Source: Clostridiales bacterium | Lineage (GTDB): Bacteria; Bacillota; Clostridia; Oscillospirales; Oscillospiraceae | Length of the DNA stretch: 64,000 bases | Assembly (NCBI GenBank): GCA_003150355.1 | Contig: QAMJ01000017.1 | Coordinates: 32,251 to 96,250, forward strand | Reading direction: 5' to 3' | Shown: one piece after another, positions 34,607 through 43,856 of the stretch | Numbering within the stretch: the stretch's first letter is position 1 | Layout of the letters: each line of letters starts with the position of its first letter | The notes under the pieces: model-generated | What the model saw: only the letters and a program-made list of their open reading frames with translations | What the model was told of the DNA's origin: nothing | The model's database searches: none | Program-made: the position numbers and the translations under genes

Positions 34607-36148
34607 ATGAAATGTTTTATCGGAATTGATGCCGGAACGAGCGGCATCAAGGTCGTCGTTTTCGACGCGCTCGGCAATGTACGCGGCACCGGCTACCACG
34701 AGTGCGACGTTATCACGCCGCGCCCAGGCTGGGGCGAGCAGGACCCGCGGGAGCTGTGGCGCGCGTGCAGCGCGGCCGTAAAGATGGCCATAGGCAGCGC
34801 CGGCGCGGCGATAGAGGTCGGAGGCATAGGCTTCTCGGGTCAGATGCAGGGCTGCCTGCTCGTCGACCGGAACCTTGAACCGATCGGCAACTGCATCATC
34901 TGGCTCGACCAGCGCTCCAGCGCACAGGTCGATGAGATTTGCAGACTCATTACGGATGACGAAGCGCTGCATCTGACGAGCAACCACTGCCTCAACAGCT
35001 TCTGGGCGCCGAAGCTCCTCTGGATAAGAGAGAACAGACCGGAGGACTATGAGCGCGCATACAAGGTGATGTTCGTCAAGGACTATCTCCGCCTGTGCAT
35101 GACCGGTGAGATCGCGACCGAGGTCAGCGACGCATCGCTTTCATTCATGCTTGACGTCGCCGCACGCAAGTGGTCGTACCCGGTCTTTGACAGGCTGGGT
35201 ATCGACCGCAGTCTCGTGCCGGATACGCTTGCGGAATCCTACGAGGTAGTCGGCAGGCTCAGATGTAGCGTCGCCGAAGAGTGGGGAATCGCGCCCGGCG
35301 TCCCGGTAGCAGCCGGTGCGGGCGATCAGCCGGCAGGCGGCGTCGGAACGGGCATAGTGCGCCCCGGCGTTCTTGGCTCGACCATCGGCACGAGCGGCGT
35401 CGTATTCGGCTGCACGTCCTCTCCACTCATCGATGCGCAGAACCGCGCGATAATGTCTATGGCGCATTCCGCGGAGAACAAATGGTGCTTCCTCGGTCTG
35501 GTGCTCAGCGCGGGCGGCGCGTTCAAGTGGCTGAGGGACACGGTATTCCCGATGCAGAAAGAAGCTTGCGCAAAGAACGGCACGGACATCTACGACTATA
35601 TGACCTCTCTTGCCGCACAGGCGCAGCCCGGCTGCGAGGGGCTGACTTTCCTGCCGTACCTCAACGGGGAAAAGACCCCGATATCCGACGGGAACGCGCG
35701 CGGGGTGCTTTTCGGGCTGTCCTACCGCCACGGCATAAATGAGATCGCTAGGAGCGTGATGGAGGGGATAACCTTTGCCATGCGCGATTCCGTCGAGATA
35801 TGCAGGGAGATGGGACACTCCGTGACCGAGATCCGCGCAAACGGCGGCGGCGCGAAGAGCGAGCTCTGGCTTCAGATGCAGGCGGATATATACAAGTCCC
35901 AGGTCGTGACGATGAACGTTGAGGAAGGCCCGGCGGCGGGCGCCGCGATATTGGCGGCAGTCGGCGCGGGACACTTCGCAGCGGTCGAGGAGGGCTGCAA
36001 CGCATGGCTGAAGGTCACGCGGACTATCGAGCCCGATATGCATAACGCCGCGATCTACGATGAATGCTATGCCCGGTATAAGGCGCTCTACCCTGCGCTC
36101 AGGGAGAGCTTCAGGCTCCAGGCGGAGCTTGTAGACCGGCTGGCGTAG
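34607..36148 (+). CDS. FGGY-family carbohydrate kinase (xylulokinase-like)
   Basis: ORF 34595..36148, with ATG at 34607. Motifs IGIDAGTSGIKVVVFD, GAGDQPAGGVGTG and NGGGAKSELWLQMQADI. Confidence 0.85.
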   Translation: MKCFIGIDAGTSGIKVVVFDALGNVRGTGYHECDVITPRPGWGEQDPRELWRACSAAVKMAIGSAGAAIEVGGIGFSGQMQGCLLVDRNLEPIGNCIIWLDQRSSAQVDEICRLITDDEALHLTSNHCLNSFWAPKLLWIRENRPEDYERAYKVMFVKDYLRLCMTGEIATEVSDASLSFMLDVAARKWSYPVFDRLGIDRSLVPDTLAESYEVVGRLRCSVAEEWGIAPGVPVAAGAGDQPAGGVGTGIVRPGVLGSTIGTSGVVFGCTSSPLIDAQNRAIMSMAHSAENKWCFLGLVLSAGGAFKWLRDTVFPMQKEACAKNGTDIYDYMTSLAAQAQPGCEGLTFLPYLNGEKTPISDGNARGVLFGLSYRHGINEIARSVMEGITFAMRDSVEICREMGHSVTEIRANGGGAKSELWLQMQADIYKSQVVTMNVEEGPAAGAAILAAVGAGHFAAVEEGCNAWLKVTRTIEPDMHNAAIYDECYARYKALYPALRESFRLQAELVDRLA

Positions 36149-36158
36149 ACAAAAGTAA

Positions 36159-36188
36159 ATACAGACACCCGAAACCGGGTGTCTGTAT
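36159..36188. terminator. bidirectional terminator between the convergent kinase and SorC genes
   Basis: 12-bp stem ATACAGACACCC/GGGTGTCTGTAT, flanked by A-rich and T-rich runs. Confidence 0.7.
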
Positions 36189-36208
36189 AAAAAGCAGTAT
36201 TCTTTATT

Positions 36209-37168
36209 TTATTCCTCCATTACCGCGAGGGCGGTTTTGTAATCTGTCACCAGAATATCAACAAAGCCGCCCCTGAGCGCGCCGCGGATGGACAGGGGCT
36301 TGGTGTTGCCGCCGGCAACGGCCATGACATTCTTGCTCTTTCTGAACTGGTTCATGTTGACTGAGACTATCCTGTTCGACACGCTGGTCTGACACAGGTT
36401 ACCGTCGCGGTCAATGAAGTTGCCGCAGACATCCCCGATTGCGCCTGACTCAATGATCTCATCGATCACATCATCGGGGAAGTTGTAATAGCTTTTTTTG
36501 AGATGCTCGCGCGTGGGGATGCGGCCGATGCCGATAAGGCTCAGGTCAAGCTCGCCGGATATGTTGAGTATGTTCGCGATGGAGGGTTCTTTCTTTATCT
36601 CTGCACACAGCAGCTCGGAGTGGCACACAAACGGTGCGTTTATTATGTATGAGCTGCCGCTGTAGCAATTCAGCAGTGACTGCGCAAGGAGGTTTGGCTG
36701 GAAGTTCGCTTCGTTGCACGCGCCGCCCATCAGCGTATACACCTCGATCCCGCTTACGCCGGAATTCGGAGTGAGGTCGTTTATAAGGGCGCTGAGAGTC
36801 CTGCCCCAGCCGAGGCCGATCTTGATATTGCTGTGCATCATACGCTCAAGGTATCTTGCACCCTCAAGAGCCAGCTTGGAGATGAGCGCGTCCTGATCCG
36901 TGTTGTCGGTATCGACGATCTTGACATATTTCATATCGTAGCGGCTTTTGATCCTATCCTCCAGCTCGAGGATGTGACTGATGTTCCGCGTGTCGATGAT
37001 CTCAATCTTGACCATGCCCTCTTCTTTAGCCTCGGCGAGCAGCCGGTTGAGCGTCACTCTGGAGATGCCGAGCATCTTGGCGATGTCGGTATTTGAACAG
37101 TTCTTCTCATAATAATAGTAGAGCGCTTTACGTTTAAGGTAATACCGCTGATCTGCTGAAAGAGCCAT
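36209..37168 (-). CDS. SorC-family (B. subtilis DeoR/CggR-type) sugar-binding transcriptional regulator
   Basis: ORF 36209..37192. The ATG at 37168 follows AGGAGGAT. HTH NTDIAKMLGISRVTLNRLLAEAKEEGMVKIEI plus a sugar-phosphate-binding domain. Confidence 0.8.
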   Translation of the reverse strand: MALSADQRYYLKRKALYYYYEKNCSNTDIAKMLGISRVTLNRLLAEAKEEGMVKIEIIDTRNISHILELEDRIKSRYDMKYVKIVDTDNTDQDALISKLALEGARYLERMMHSNIKIGLGWGRTLSALINDLTPNSGVSGIEVYTLMGGACNEANFQPNLLAQSLLNCYSGSSYIINAPFVCHSELLCAEIKKEPSIANILNISGELDLSLIGIGRIPTREHLKKSYYNFPDDVIDEIIESGAIGDVCGNFIDRDGNLCQTSVSNRIVSVNMNQFRKSKNVMAVAGGNTKPLSIRGALRGGFVDILVTDYKTALAVMEE

Positions 37169-37185
37169 AAATCCTCCTGCACTGC

Positions 37186-37200
37186 TTTGCAAATGTAAAC
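37186..37200. promoter_or_regulatory. operator-like motif TTTGCAAATGTAAAC
   Basis: Differs at 1 of 15 positions from 30307-30321. It lies about 18-32 nt upstream of the SorC start codon, in the divergent control region. Confidence 0.45.
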
Positions 37201-37381
37201 TTCACTGATATTATAAAAGCAGCTGCGGGAAATATCAATAAAAATTTCAGCATATAACGTTGGAAACGGCAAAATATTTTGGCAACAGAATCGACACCGG
37301 CGTACAGAATATGCCGGATATAAATTTGAACGAAACAGACTATGTCTTTTTATAATAAAATCTCTGCCAGGAGGACAGTAT

Positions 37382-38923
37382 ATGGATTACTACATTGGAA
37401 TTGATATCGGCACAGGCGGCGTCAGGACGGGCATCTTCGACCGCGAGGGCAAGTCGGTCATCTTCTGCGCCGAGCCTATCGAGCTCAGCATCCCCCATTC
37501 CGGATGGGCCGAGCAGGACCCGGACGAGTGGTGGAGCGCCCTGTGCGCATCATGCAGGAGAGCTATACAGGAAAGCGGCATTGCTCCGTCTCTCATCAAG
37601 GGGCTCAGCGTTGACACAACGTGCTGCACGGTGATGTTCTCCGGGGACGATATGGTGCCGATGCGCCCGGCCATTATGTGGATGGACATGCGCGCGGCGG
37701 ATCAGGCAAAGTTCATGGCGGCTTCCGGCCATGACGCGCTGAAGTATAACGGGTATGGCCCGGTATCGGCGGAATGCCTCCCTGCCAAGGTGCTCTGGGT
37801 CAAGCAGAATGAGCCTGAGATATATAACCATGCGACGCGCGTTTATGAGTGCACGGACTGGATAATGTACAAGCTCACCGGCAGGTACACCGCAAGCCTC
37901 AACTGCGCCTCCTGCCGCTGGTACTACAACAGCCGCGAGGGCGGTTACCCGAAGAGCTTCTACAACACTATCGGCCTTGAGGATCTGATAGAAAAGCTCC
38001 CGCCGGAGGTGCTGCCGATGGGTGAGTGCGCAGGGCTGCTCAGGGCGGACAGCGCAGCCGAGATGGGACTCGTTGAGGGCATCCCGGTCGGCGAGGGCGG
38101 CGCTGACGCATTCGTCGGCGTGATCGGACTGAACGCAGTTGACAACGGGAAGATGGCGCTCATCACGGGCTCGTCCCACCTGCACGTTGCCCTGATCGAC
38201 AGAGAGATGCACAGCAAGGGAATGTGGGGCACCTACCCCGATGCGATCGTTCCCGGAAAATTTATGATCGAGGGCGGACAGACCTCGACCGGCTCGATAG
38301 TGAACTGGATCAAGAATCAGCTCTGCGGCTACTATGCCGTTCAGGCGGAAAAAGAGGGCGTGAGCGTTTACGATATCCTCAACCGGGAGGCTGAAAAGCT
38401 GCCGGTAGGAGCGGACGGGCTTGTCGCGCTGGACTTCTTCCAGGGCAACAGAACGCCGCACGTCGACCCCAACGTCAGGGGCATGATATACGGGCTTTCG
38501 CTCATCCATACGCCGGCGCATATTTACCGCGCGATCGTGGAGAGCATATGCTTCGGCACGAAAGCGATCATTGACCGCTTTGAGGAATCGGGCTTTTCGC
38601 CGAGCGGCATAGTTATCTCCGGCGGCGTTGTGAAGAGCAGGTTCTGGCTCCAGACCCATGCGGACGTCTGCGATGTGCCCATAATCGTCCCGAAAGAGAC
38701 GGAGGCTCCGTGCCTCGGCTCCGCGATACTGGGTGCGGTGGCGGCCGGGGCGTACCCGGATATAGTTACCGCGGCGGAGAACATGACGGGTGTCGACTAT
38801 ATTCTTGAACCGAACCACGATAAGCATCAGGAATATATGTTCTATTACAAGAAATACCGTGAATTCTATGAGCTTGCAAAAGACTGGATGCACGACGTGA
38901 CGGAATACAGCAAGCGTTCCTGA
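37382..38923 (+). CDS. FGGY-family carbohydrate kinase (ribulokinase/pentulose-kinase-like)
   Basis: IGIDIGTGGVRTGIFD, GGADAFVGVIG and SGGVVKSRFWLQTHADV. RBS AGGAGGA. Confidence 0.85.
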   Translation: MDYYIGIDIGTGGVRTGIFDREGKSVIFCAEPIELSIPHSGWAEQDPDEWWSALCASCRRAIQESGIAPSLIKGLSVDTTCCTVMFSGDDMVPMRPAIMWMDMRAADQAKFMAASGHDALKYNGYGPVSAECLPAKVLWVKQNEPEIYNHATRVYECTDWIMYKLTGRYTASLNCASCRWYYNSREGGYPKSFYNTIGLEDLIEKLPPEVLPMGECAGLLRADSAAEMGLVEGIPVGEGGADAFVGVIGLNAVDNGKMALITGSSHLHVALIDREMHSKGMWGTYPDAIVPGKFMIEGGQTSTGSIVNWIKNQLCGYYAVQAEKEGVSVYDILNREAEKLPVGADGLVALDFFQGNRTPHVDPNVRGMIYGLSLIHTPAHIYRAIVESICFGTKAIIDRFEESGFSPSGIVISGGVVKSRFWLQTHADVCDVPIIVPKETEAPCLGSAILGAVAAGAYPDIVTAAENMTGVDYILEPNHDKHQEYMFYYKKYREFYELAKDWMHDVTEYSKRS

Positions 38924-38938
38924 GATCTGGAGGAAAAA

Positions 38939-39595
38939 ATGGCAGCAATTTCGGCGTCTATACTCGGATGCAGACACACTGAGATCGGCAGCGCGGTTCG
39001 CCGCGCCGCCGCAGCCGGGGCAGAATATATACACATCGATGTGATGGACGGGGATTATGTCGAGAACATGACCTTCGGCCCGCAGCTTGTGAATGAGCTC
39101 AGGGAAATAACCGAGCTTCCGCTTTCAGTCCACTTGGAGACGAACCGACCGGACAGGTTCTTCCGCATTTTTGAAAAGACCGCGGCGGACATAGTGACTT
39201 TCCAGTTCGATGCGTGCGTGAATCCCATACACCTTATAAATGTGATACACGCCGCGGGGAAGAAAGTCGGCGTCGGCGTAGGGCCGGCATACGGCGTGGA
39301 GTGCGTCCGCTATATCCTGCCGTATATAGATTTTCTGAACGTGATGAGCGTTGAGCCCGGCTACGGCGGGCAGCGGTTCGAAGAGTCCGTCTATGAAAAG
39401 CTGAGAGAGGCAAAGCAGATGGTCATGGCGCCGGGGCTTGACGTCAGGCTCTGCGTCGATGGGGGCGTGAACACGGAGAACGCACCGCTCCTCGCTGAGG
39501 CGGGCGCGGACATTCTCATCTGCGGCTCGTCGGCATTCAGAAATGACGAGGTTGAAAAGAACATAAACGGACTTATCCGGAGCATCGGAGGATAA
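38939..39595 (+). CDS. ribulose-phosphate 3-epimerase family protein
   Basis: IHIDVMDGDYVENMTFGP, MSVEPGYGGQRF and VDGGVN motifs. 218 aa. Confidence 0.8.
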   Translation: MAAISASILGCRHTEIGSAVRRAAAAGAEYIHIDVMDGDYVENMTFGPQLVNELREITELPLSVHLETNRPDRFFRIFEKTAADIVTFQFDACVNPIHLINVIHAAGKKVGVGVGPAYGVECVRYILPYIDFLNVMSVEPGYGGQRFEESVYEKLREAKQMVMAPGLDVRLCVDGGVNTENAPLLAEAGADILICGSSAFRNDEVEKNINGLIRSIGG

Positions 39596-39642
39596 GCGCA
39601 TATCATAAGTCAGGCGTGTGGTTTTGCCGCAGGAGGGATATT

Positions 39643-40539
39643 ATGGGCAAGACAAGTGAAAATGAACGCAGCAAGGCACTGGAGGGCATCAGGCTTTCAG
39701 CCGGGAATGCCGGGAGACTGACCGTAGGCACGCAGAGCGTACGCACAAGCCCATGCAGGTGCGATAAGGTCAGCATAGTCGTATGCGGCCGTGTCGGATA
39801 TGAAGCGGCGCTCGGCTTCATGCTTGGCGAGAACCTCGCGGATGCAGTCATTGTGGAGCCGGAGCCTGACCCCTATGCGATCATGCGCACGGCAATTTCC
39901 GTAAACTACGGCGACAGGGGCGTACTGCTCATCTGCGGCAGCAGTGAAGAGGAAAAAGGCACCGTCATGGCTGCTGGCGGCCTGCTGGAGGAGAGCGGCT
40001 TCAACAATGAAGTGGTATATGTTGAGGACTGCATTGCGCCCGGCGGCACGGAGCAGATGAACGCGGGCTACTTCCAATGCGTGAAAATAGCAGGGGCGGC
40101 TGCGGCGAGCGGAATGACCCTGAAAGAGACCTATTACACTGTCAGAAAAGCGAGGAACCTTGTGAAGAGCATAAGCGTCAGAGATGCTCTTTCGTCCGGA
40201 GGACGGGGGAGAGATGACGCCGGTGCACTCTTCGGCGAGGGGGCTATGGAGAAGATAGCCTTCCAGCTGCGGCAGGCCTCACGCGCACGCACAGGAGATA
40301 CCGTCTGCACCTATATAAGCGGGGCGGGCGGAGTAACCCTGGCTGAGCTCGGCAGGGCGAATTACCATCTGTACCGCAGCCTCACGGAGCGGGGCATAGC
40401 CGTGCATGACGCGCTGATAAACCCCGTGCCGGTCGGAGCGGCGAGCGCGGATATCGCGATCTCCATGATGCTGCTGCCGGACGAGCTGAAGAAATACTAC
40501 GATATGCCGTGCAGCGCACTTTACTATAATAAGACCTGA
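39643..40539 (+). CDS. Dak1 (DhaK)-domain protein with a degenerate active site
   Basis: ORF 39616..40539, with ATG at 39643 after GGAGGGA. Appears collinear with my recollection of E. coli DhaK. The GGGSGHEP loop reads CGRVGYEA, and the substrate-binding IHGEPG reads GEGAMEK. Confidence 0.7.
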   Translation: MGKTSENERSKALEGIRLSAGNAGRLTVGTQSVRTSPCRCDKVSIVVCGRVGYEAALGFMLGENLADAVIVEPEPDPYAIMRTAISVNYGDRGVLLICGSSEEEKGTVMAAGGLLEESGFNNEVVYVEDCIAPGGTEQMNAGYFQCVKIAGAAAASGMTLKETYYTVRKARNLVKSISVRDALSSGGRGRDDAGALFGEGAMEKIAFQLRQASRARTGDTVCTYISGAGGVTLAELGRANYHLYRSLTERGIAVHDALINPVPVGAASADIAISMMLLPDELKKYYDMPCSALYYNKT

Positions 40540-40712
40540 GCCGGCGGCAGGCATATAAAACGGAATATGTTTTATCCCGCGGTGCGTCCGGGTGCGTCTG
40601 AGCGCGCGGGCGGCCGTGCGGAGATTTACATATATTATAATGGTAGGGCAGAGCGCGTCAGGCGCACTCTGCAAAGCCACCTGAGCAATACATTTTTAAG
40701 GAGAAAAAAGAA

Positions 40713-41552
40713 ATGTTGGTATCATCTAAGGAATTGTATAGAACTTCGCGCGAAAAGAACTTTGCTTTCCCTGCGGCAAATTTTGTGGATCAGCTCTCGG
40801 CTTCGGCGCACATTGCCGCGGCGGAAAAGCTGGGGCTTCCTCTCATCCTCGCCTTTGCGCAGGTGCATCAGCAGTTCCTGTCGTTCGATGAGGCGATCGC
40901 GATCGGCCAATACTACGCCGAAAGCGCAAAGGTGCCCGTCGTGCTCCATTTGGATCACGGCACGGACAAGGACTTTATTTTCAAGGCCATCGACTCCGGC
41001 TTCAGCTCCGTTATGATCGACGCTTCCGCTGAGAGCTTTGATGAGAACGTCCGCCGGACGAAGGAAATCGTGAAATATGCGCATCTGCGCGGCGTCGTTG
41101 TTGAGGCGGAGATAGGCCACGTCGGAGAAGGCTCCGAATACAGCGACCATAATACCAGCAACAATATCTATACAACGGTCGAGGAAGCCGGCAGGTTCTG
41201 CGAGCTTACTGAGGTCGACTCGCTCGCCGTCTCTATCGGCACGGCACACGGCGCATATAAGGGCATTCCCAATATCGACTTCCAGCGCCTTGCGGAGCTG
41301 CGCGCCGCGCTTGAGACTCCGCTGGTGCTCCACGGCGGTTCCTCCTCCGGTGATGAGAACCTGCACAAGTGCGCGACCGGCGGCATCAGCAAGATCAATA
41401 TCTATACCGACTTCGTCCTCAGCGCCTATAAAAAGGTGGAAGAGCGCGGCGGCAAGGATTATTACGCGATCCGCCAGGCAATGAAGGACGGCATGATGGA
41501 GTGCCTTGAGCACTACTACGATGTGTTTGACACACGCAAATACAATGCGTGA
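40713..41552 (+). CDS. class II ketose-bisphosphate aldolase (FbaA/GatY/KbaY family)
   Basis: VVLHLDHG, MIDAS, VEAEIGHVG, SIGTAHG and LHGGSS motifs. 279 aa. Confidence 0.85.
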   Translation: MLVSSKELYRTSREKNFAFPAANFVDQLSASAHIAAAEKLGLPLILAFAQVHQQFLSFDEAIAIGQYYAESAKVPVVLHLDHGTDKDFIFKAIDSGFSSVMIDASAESFDENVRRTKEIVKYAHLRGVVVEAEIGHVGEGSEYSDHNTSNNIYTTVEEAGRFCELTEVDSLAVSIGTAHGAYKGIPNIDFQRLAELRAALETPLVLHGGSSSGDENLHKCATGGISKINIYTDFVLSAYKKVEERGGKDYYAIRQAMKDGMMECLEHYYDVFDTRKYNA

Positions 41553-41558
41553 CGGTGA

Positions 41559-42266
41559 ATGACGATGAAAAAAGTAAGAGTACCTTTTCTTGTAGTTAAC
41601 CCTAAATCGTATCTCTACGGCGAGGAGAGCCTGAAGCTTGCAATGGCGGCGGATCAGGCAGCGGCAGAGACCGGCGTTGAAGTCCTCTTTACGGCGCCGT
41701 TTGCGGATCTGCGTTACATACGCCAGAATACAAGGCACGTGATAGTCACCGCGCAGCATATGGAGTCCCTGTGCCCCGGACGCGGGATGGGGCACGTTCT
41801 GCCGGAATCCCTCAAGGCGGCGGGCGCCGGTGCGGTGTTCCTCAACCATGCGGAGAACCCGCTGCCCGTGTGCGAGCTTGCCGCGTGCATAAAGCGCGCA
41901 AAGGAGCTGGACATGGTAACCGTTGTCTGCGCAGACTCCGTAAAGGAGGGGCTTGCCGTGGCCATGCTCGAACCGGACATTCTTCTGTGTGAGCCGACTG
42001 AGCTGATAGGGACCGGCAAGGTGGCGGACAACAGCTATGTTATCGAGGCCACATCAAAGATCCGCGCGATAAACCCGGAGATACTGGTTATGATCGCCTC
42101 CGGAGTTTCCACAGCGGACGACGTGTATAACGTCATCAGGCTCGGCGCGGACGGCACCGGCGCGACCAGCGGCATACTGAAGGCACCGGATCCGTGCCTG
42201 AGAGTGATGGAGATGGCCAGAGCAATGGCACAGGCAGTAAAGGACAGAGAACAGCAGGGAGACTGA
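41559..42266 (+). CDS. triosephosphate-isomerase-family protein, short archaeal-type
   Basis: 235 aa. LNHAENPL corresponds to archaeal NHSE(R/H)R, and CEPTELIGTG corresponds to archaeal EPPELIGTG rather than bacterial AYEPVWAIGTG. Confidence 0.75.
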   Translation: MTMKKVRVPFLVVNPKSYLYGEESLKLAMAADQAAAETGVEVLFTAPFADLRYIRQNTRHVIVTAQHMESLCPGRGMGHVLPESLKAAGAGAVFLNHAENPLPVCELAACIKRAKELDMVTVVCADSVKEGLAVAMLEPDILLCEPTELIGTGKVADNSYVIEATSKIRAINPEILVMIASGVSTADDVYNVIRLGADGTGATSGILKAPDPCLRVMEMARAMAQAVKDREQQGD

Positions 42267-42268
42267 AC

Positions 42269-42790
42269 ATGAGCGTATACAAAGAGCATCTTAAATTACA
42301 GTCGCACGGGGGTACGCCCTCCTACATAAACGTGACGCCGCAGGTCAGGGCGGCGATAGAGAACAGCGGCATCAAAGAGGGAATATGCGTGGTCATTTCC
42401 CCGCACACTACCTGCGGCGTGTTCTTCGAAGAGTTCGTCCATGACATCACCCCCGAGGGGGACGAGTTTCTTCAGGCAGACCTGAACGATGTGCTGAAAA
42501 AGATCATCCCCGATCATACGGACGCAAGCCAGTTCCGCTACCCCGGCCCCGAGCATTTCAGGATAGTGCGGACATGGCCGAATGCGGCGGATTATCTGCC
42601 GGATGACGATATCAGCGACCTGTATAACGGGGACGCTCACCTCAAGGCGACGGTGATCGGCTCGAGCCAGACCTTTGAGGTCACGGACGGCAAGCTCGGC
42701 GTCGGCACGACGGGGTATGTCTACTTCGTCGATTTCGACCGCACGCGCCCCCGCGAGAGAAAGTGCTCCGTCGTTGTGATCGGAGAATAA
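42269..42790 (+). CDS. YjbQ/UPF0047-family protein
   Basis: ORF 42194..42790, with ATG at 42269 just after the TIM stop. INVTPQVRAAIENSGIKEGICVVISPHTTCGVFFEE is typical of the family. Confidence 0.8.
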   Translation: MSVYKEHLKLQSHGGTPSYINVTPQVRAAIENSGIKEGICVVISPHTTCGVFFEEFVHDITPEGDEFLQADLNDVLKKIIPDHTDASQFRYPGPEHFRIVRTWPNAADYLPDDDISDLYNGDAHLKATVIGSSQTFEVTDGKLGVGTTGYVYFVDFDRTRPRERKCSVVVIGE

Positions 42791-42807
42791 TGTCCCGGAT
42801 ATATAAC

Positions 42808-42853
42808 GTCAAAAAACCTCTTTTGCCTTAGCTGGCAAAAGAGGTTTTTTGAC
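42808..42853. terminator. bidirectional terminator between yjbQ-like and truA
   Basis: 20-bp perfect stem GTCAAAAAACCTCTTTTGCC/GGCAAAAGAGGTTTTTTGAC. Confidence 0.8.
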
Positions 42854-42855
42854 TG

Positions 42856-43593
42856 TCAGTACCGCACGTCCCACAGGCACAGTCCCTGCGCCGGGGCGGT
42901 GAAGCCCGCATTTTTCCTGTCGCGGCTTTGCAGCGCCGCGGCGACGTTTTCCACATCGCGCTCGCCGCGCCCGGCCTCGATAAGTGTCCCGACGATGATG
43001 CGCACCATATTATATAGAAAGCCGTTTCCGGTAAGCAGGATGCGCAGCTCATCGCCCTGCCGGTCGATCTCTATGCTTTTGAGCGTTCTGACCGCGGATT
43101 TCTTCATGTGCCGGTTCGAGCAGAAGGCCGTGAAATCATGCTCCCCGATGAGCGCCTGCGCTGCACGGCGCATCGCGTCCGTATCGAGCACGCTGGGATA
43201 ACGATAGACGTATTTCCGCTCGAACACATTCGGTGCGTCACTGTTCCATATACGGTAGAGGTAGCCCTTCTCCGTGCAGGAAAGCCGCGCATGAAACCGC
43301 GGCGGCGCTTCTTCAAGCGAGAGCGCGCCGATGTCCTCCGGCAGGTACTGCCGCAACCGCGCGAGAAGCTCCGCACAGCCCATGTCCATCTCTGCCCGGA
43401 ATGAGCAGACCTGCCGCCTTGCGTGAACGCCCGCGTCCGTCCTGCCGCAGCCGGCGATCTCCACCGGCTGACCGAGCAGCCGAGTCAGCAGCGCTTCTAT
43501 CTTTTCCTGTATGGTGTTGCCCGTGTTGCCCTGCTTCTGCCAGCCGCTGTACCGGCTGCCGTCATAGCAGAGCGTGAGCCTGAAATTTCTCAT
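42856..43593 (-). CDS. truA: tRNA pseudouridine(38-40) synthase
   Basis: MRNFRLTLCYDGSRYSGWQKQ..., catalytic GRTDAGVHA, 245 aa. Confidence 0.9.
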   Translation of the reverse strand: MRNFRLTLCYDGSRYSGWQKQGNTGNTIQEKIEALLTRLLGQPVEIAGCGRTDAGVHARRQVCSFRAEMDMGCAELLARLRQYLPEDIGALSLEEAPPRFHARLSCTEKGYLYRIWNSDAPNVFERKYVYRYPSVLDTDAMRRAAQALIGEHDFTAFCSNRHMKKSAVRTLKSIEIDRQGDELRILLTGNGFLYNMVRIIVGTLIEAGRGERDVENVAAALQSRDRKNAGFTAPAQGLCLWDVRY

Positions 43594-43752
43594 TGCCGTC
43601 CCCTCCGCGCCTCAGTTTACACTATCGGCGGGCTTCGTGCAAGACACATTTGTTAAGTATCAGTTTGATTATAAATGCGCAATTGTTAAAAATACACATA
43701 TCGAGCCGCGTTTTCTTGACGGAAAAAATACGAAATTCATTACATTTTCGAA

Positions 43753-43781
43753 TTGAAGAATCCCACGGAGAGTGGTAATAT
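43753..43781 (+). promoter_or_regulatory. SigA-type promoter candidate for the 633-aa gene
   Basis: TTGAAG, 17-nt spacer, TAATAT. It lies about 75 nt upstream of the ATG at 43857. Confidence 0.4.
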
Positions 43782-43856
43782 ATTAACAATAAAGTGGGTC
43801 TATGTTTTTTGTGGACCAGGCTCATTGAGCTATAAATCAGAAAAGAGGTTCGAACA

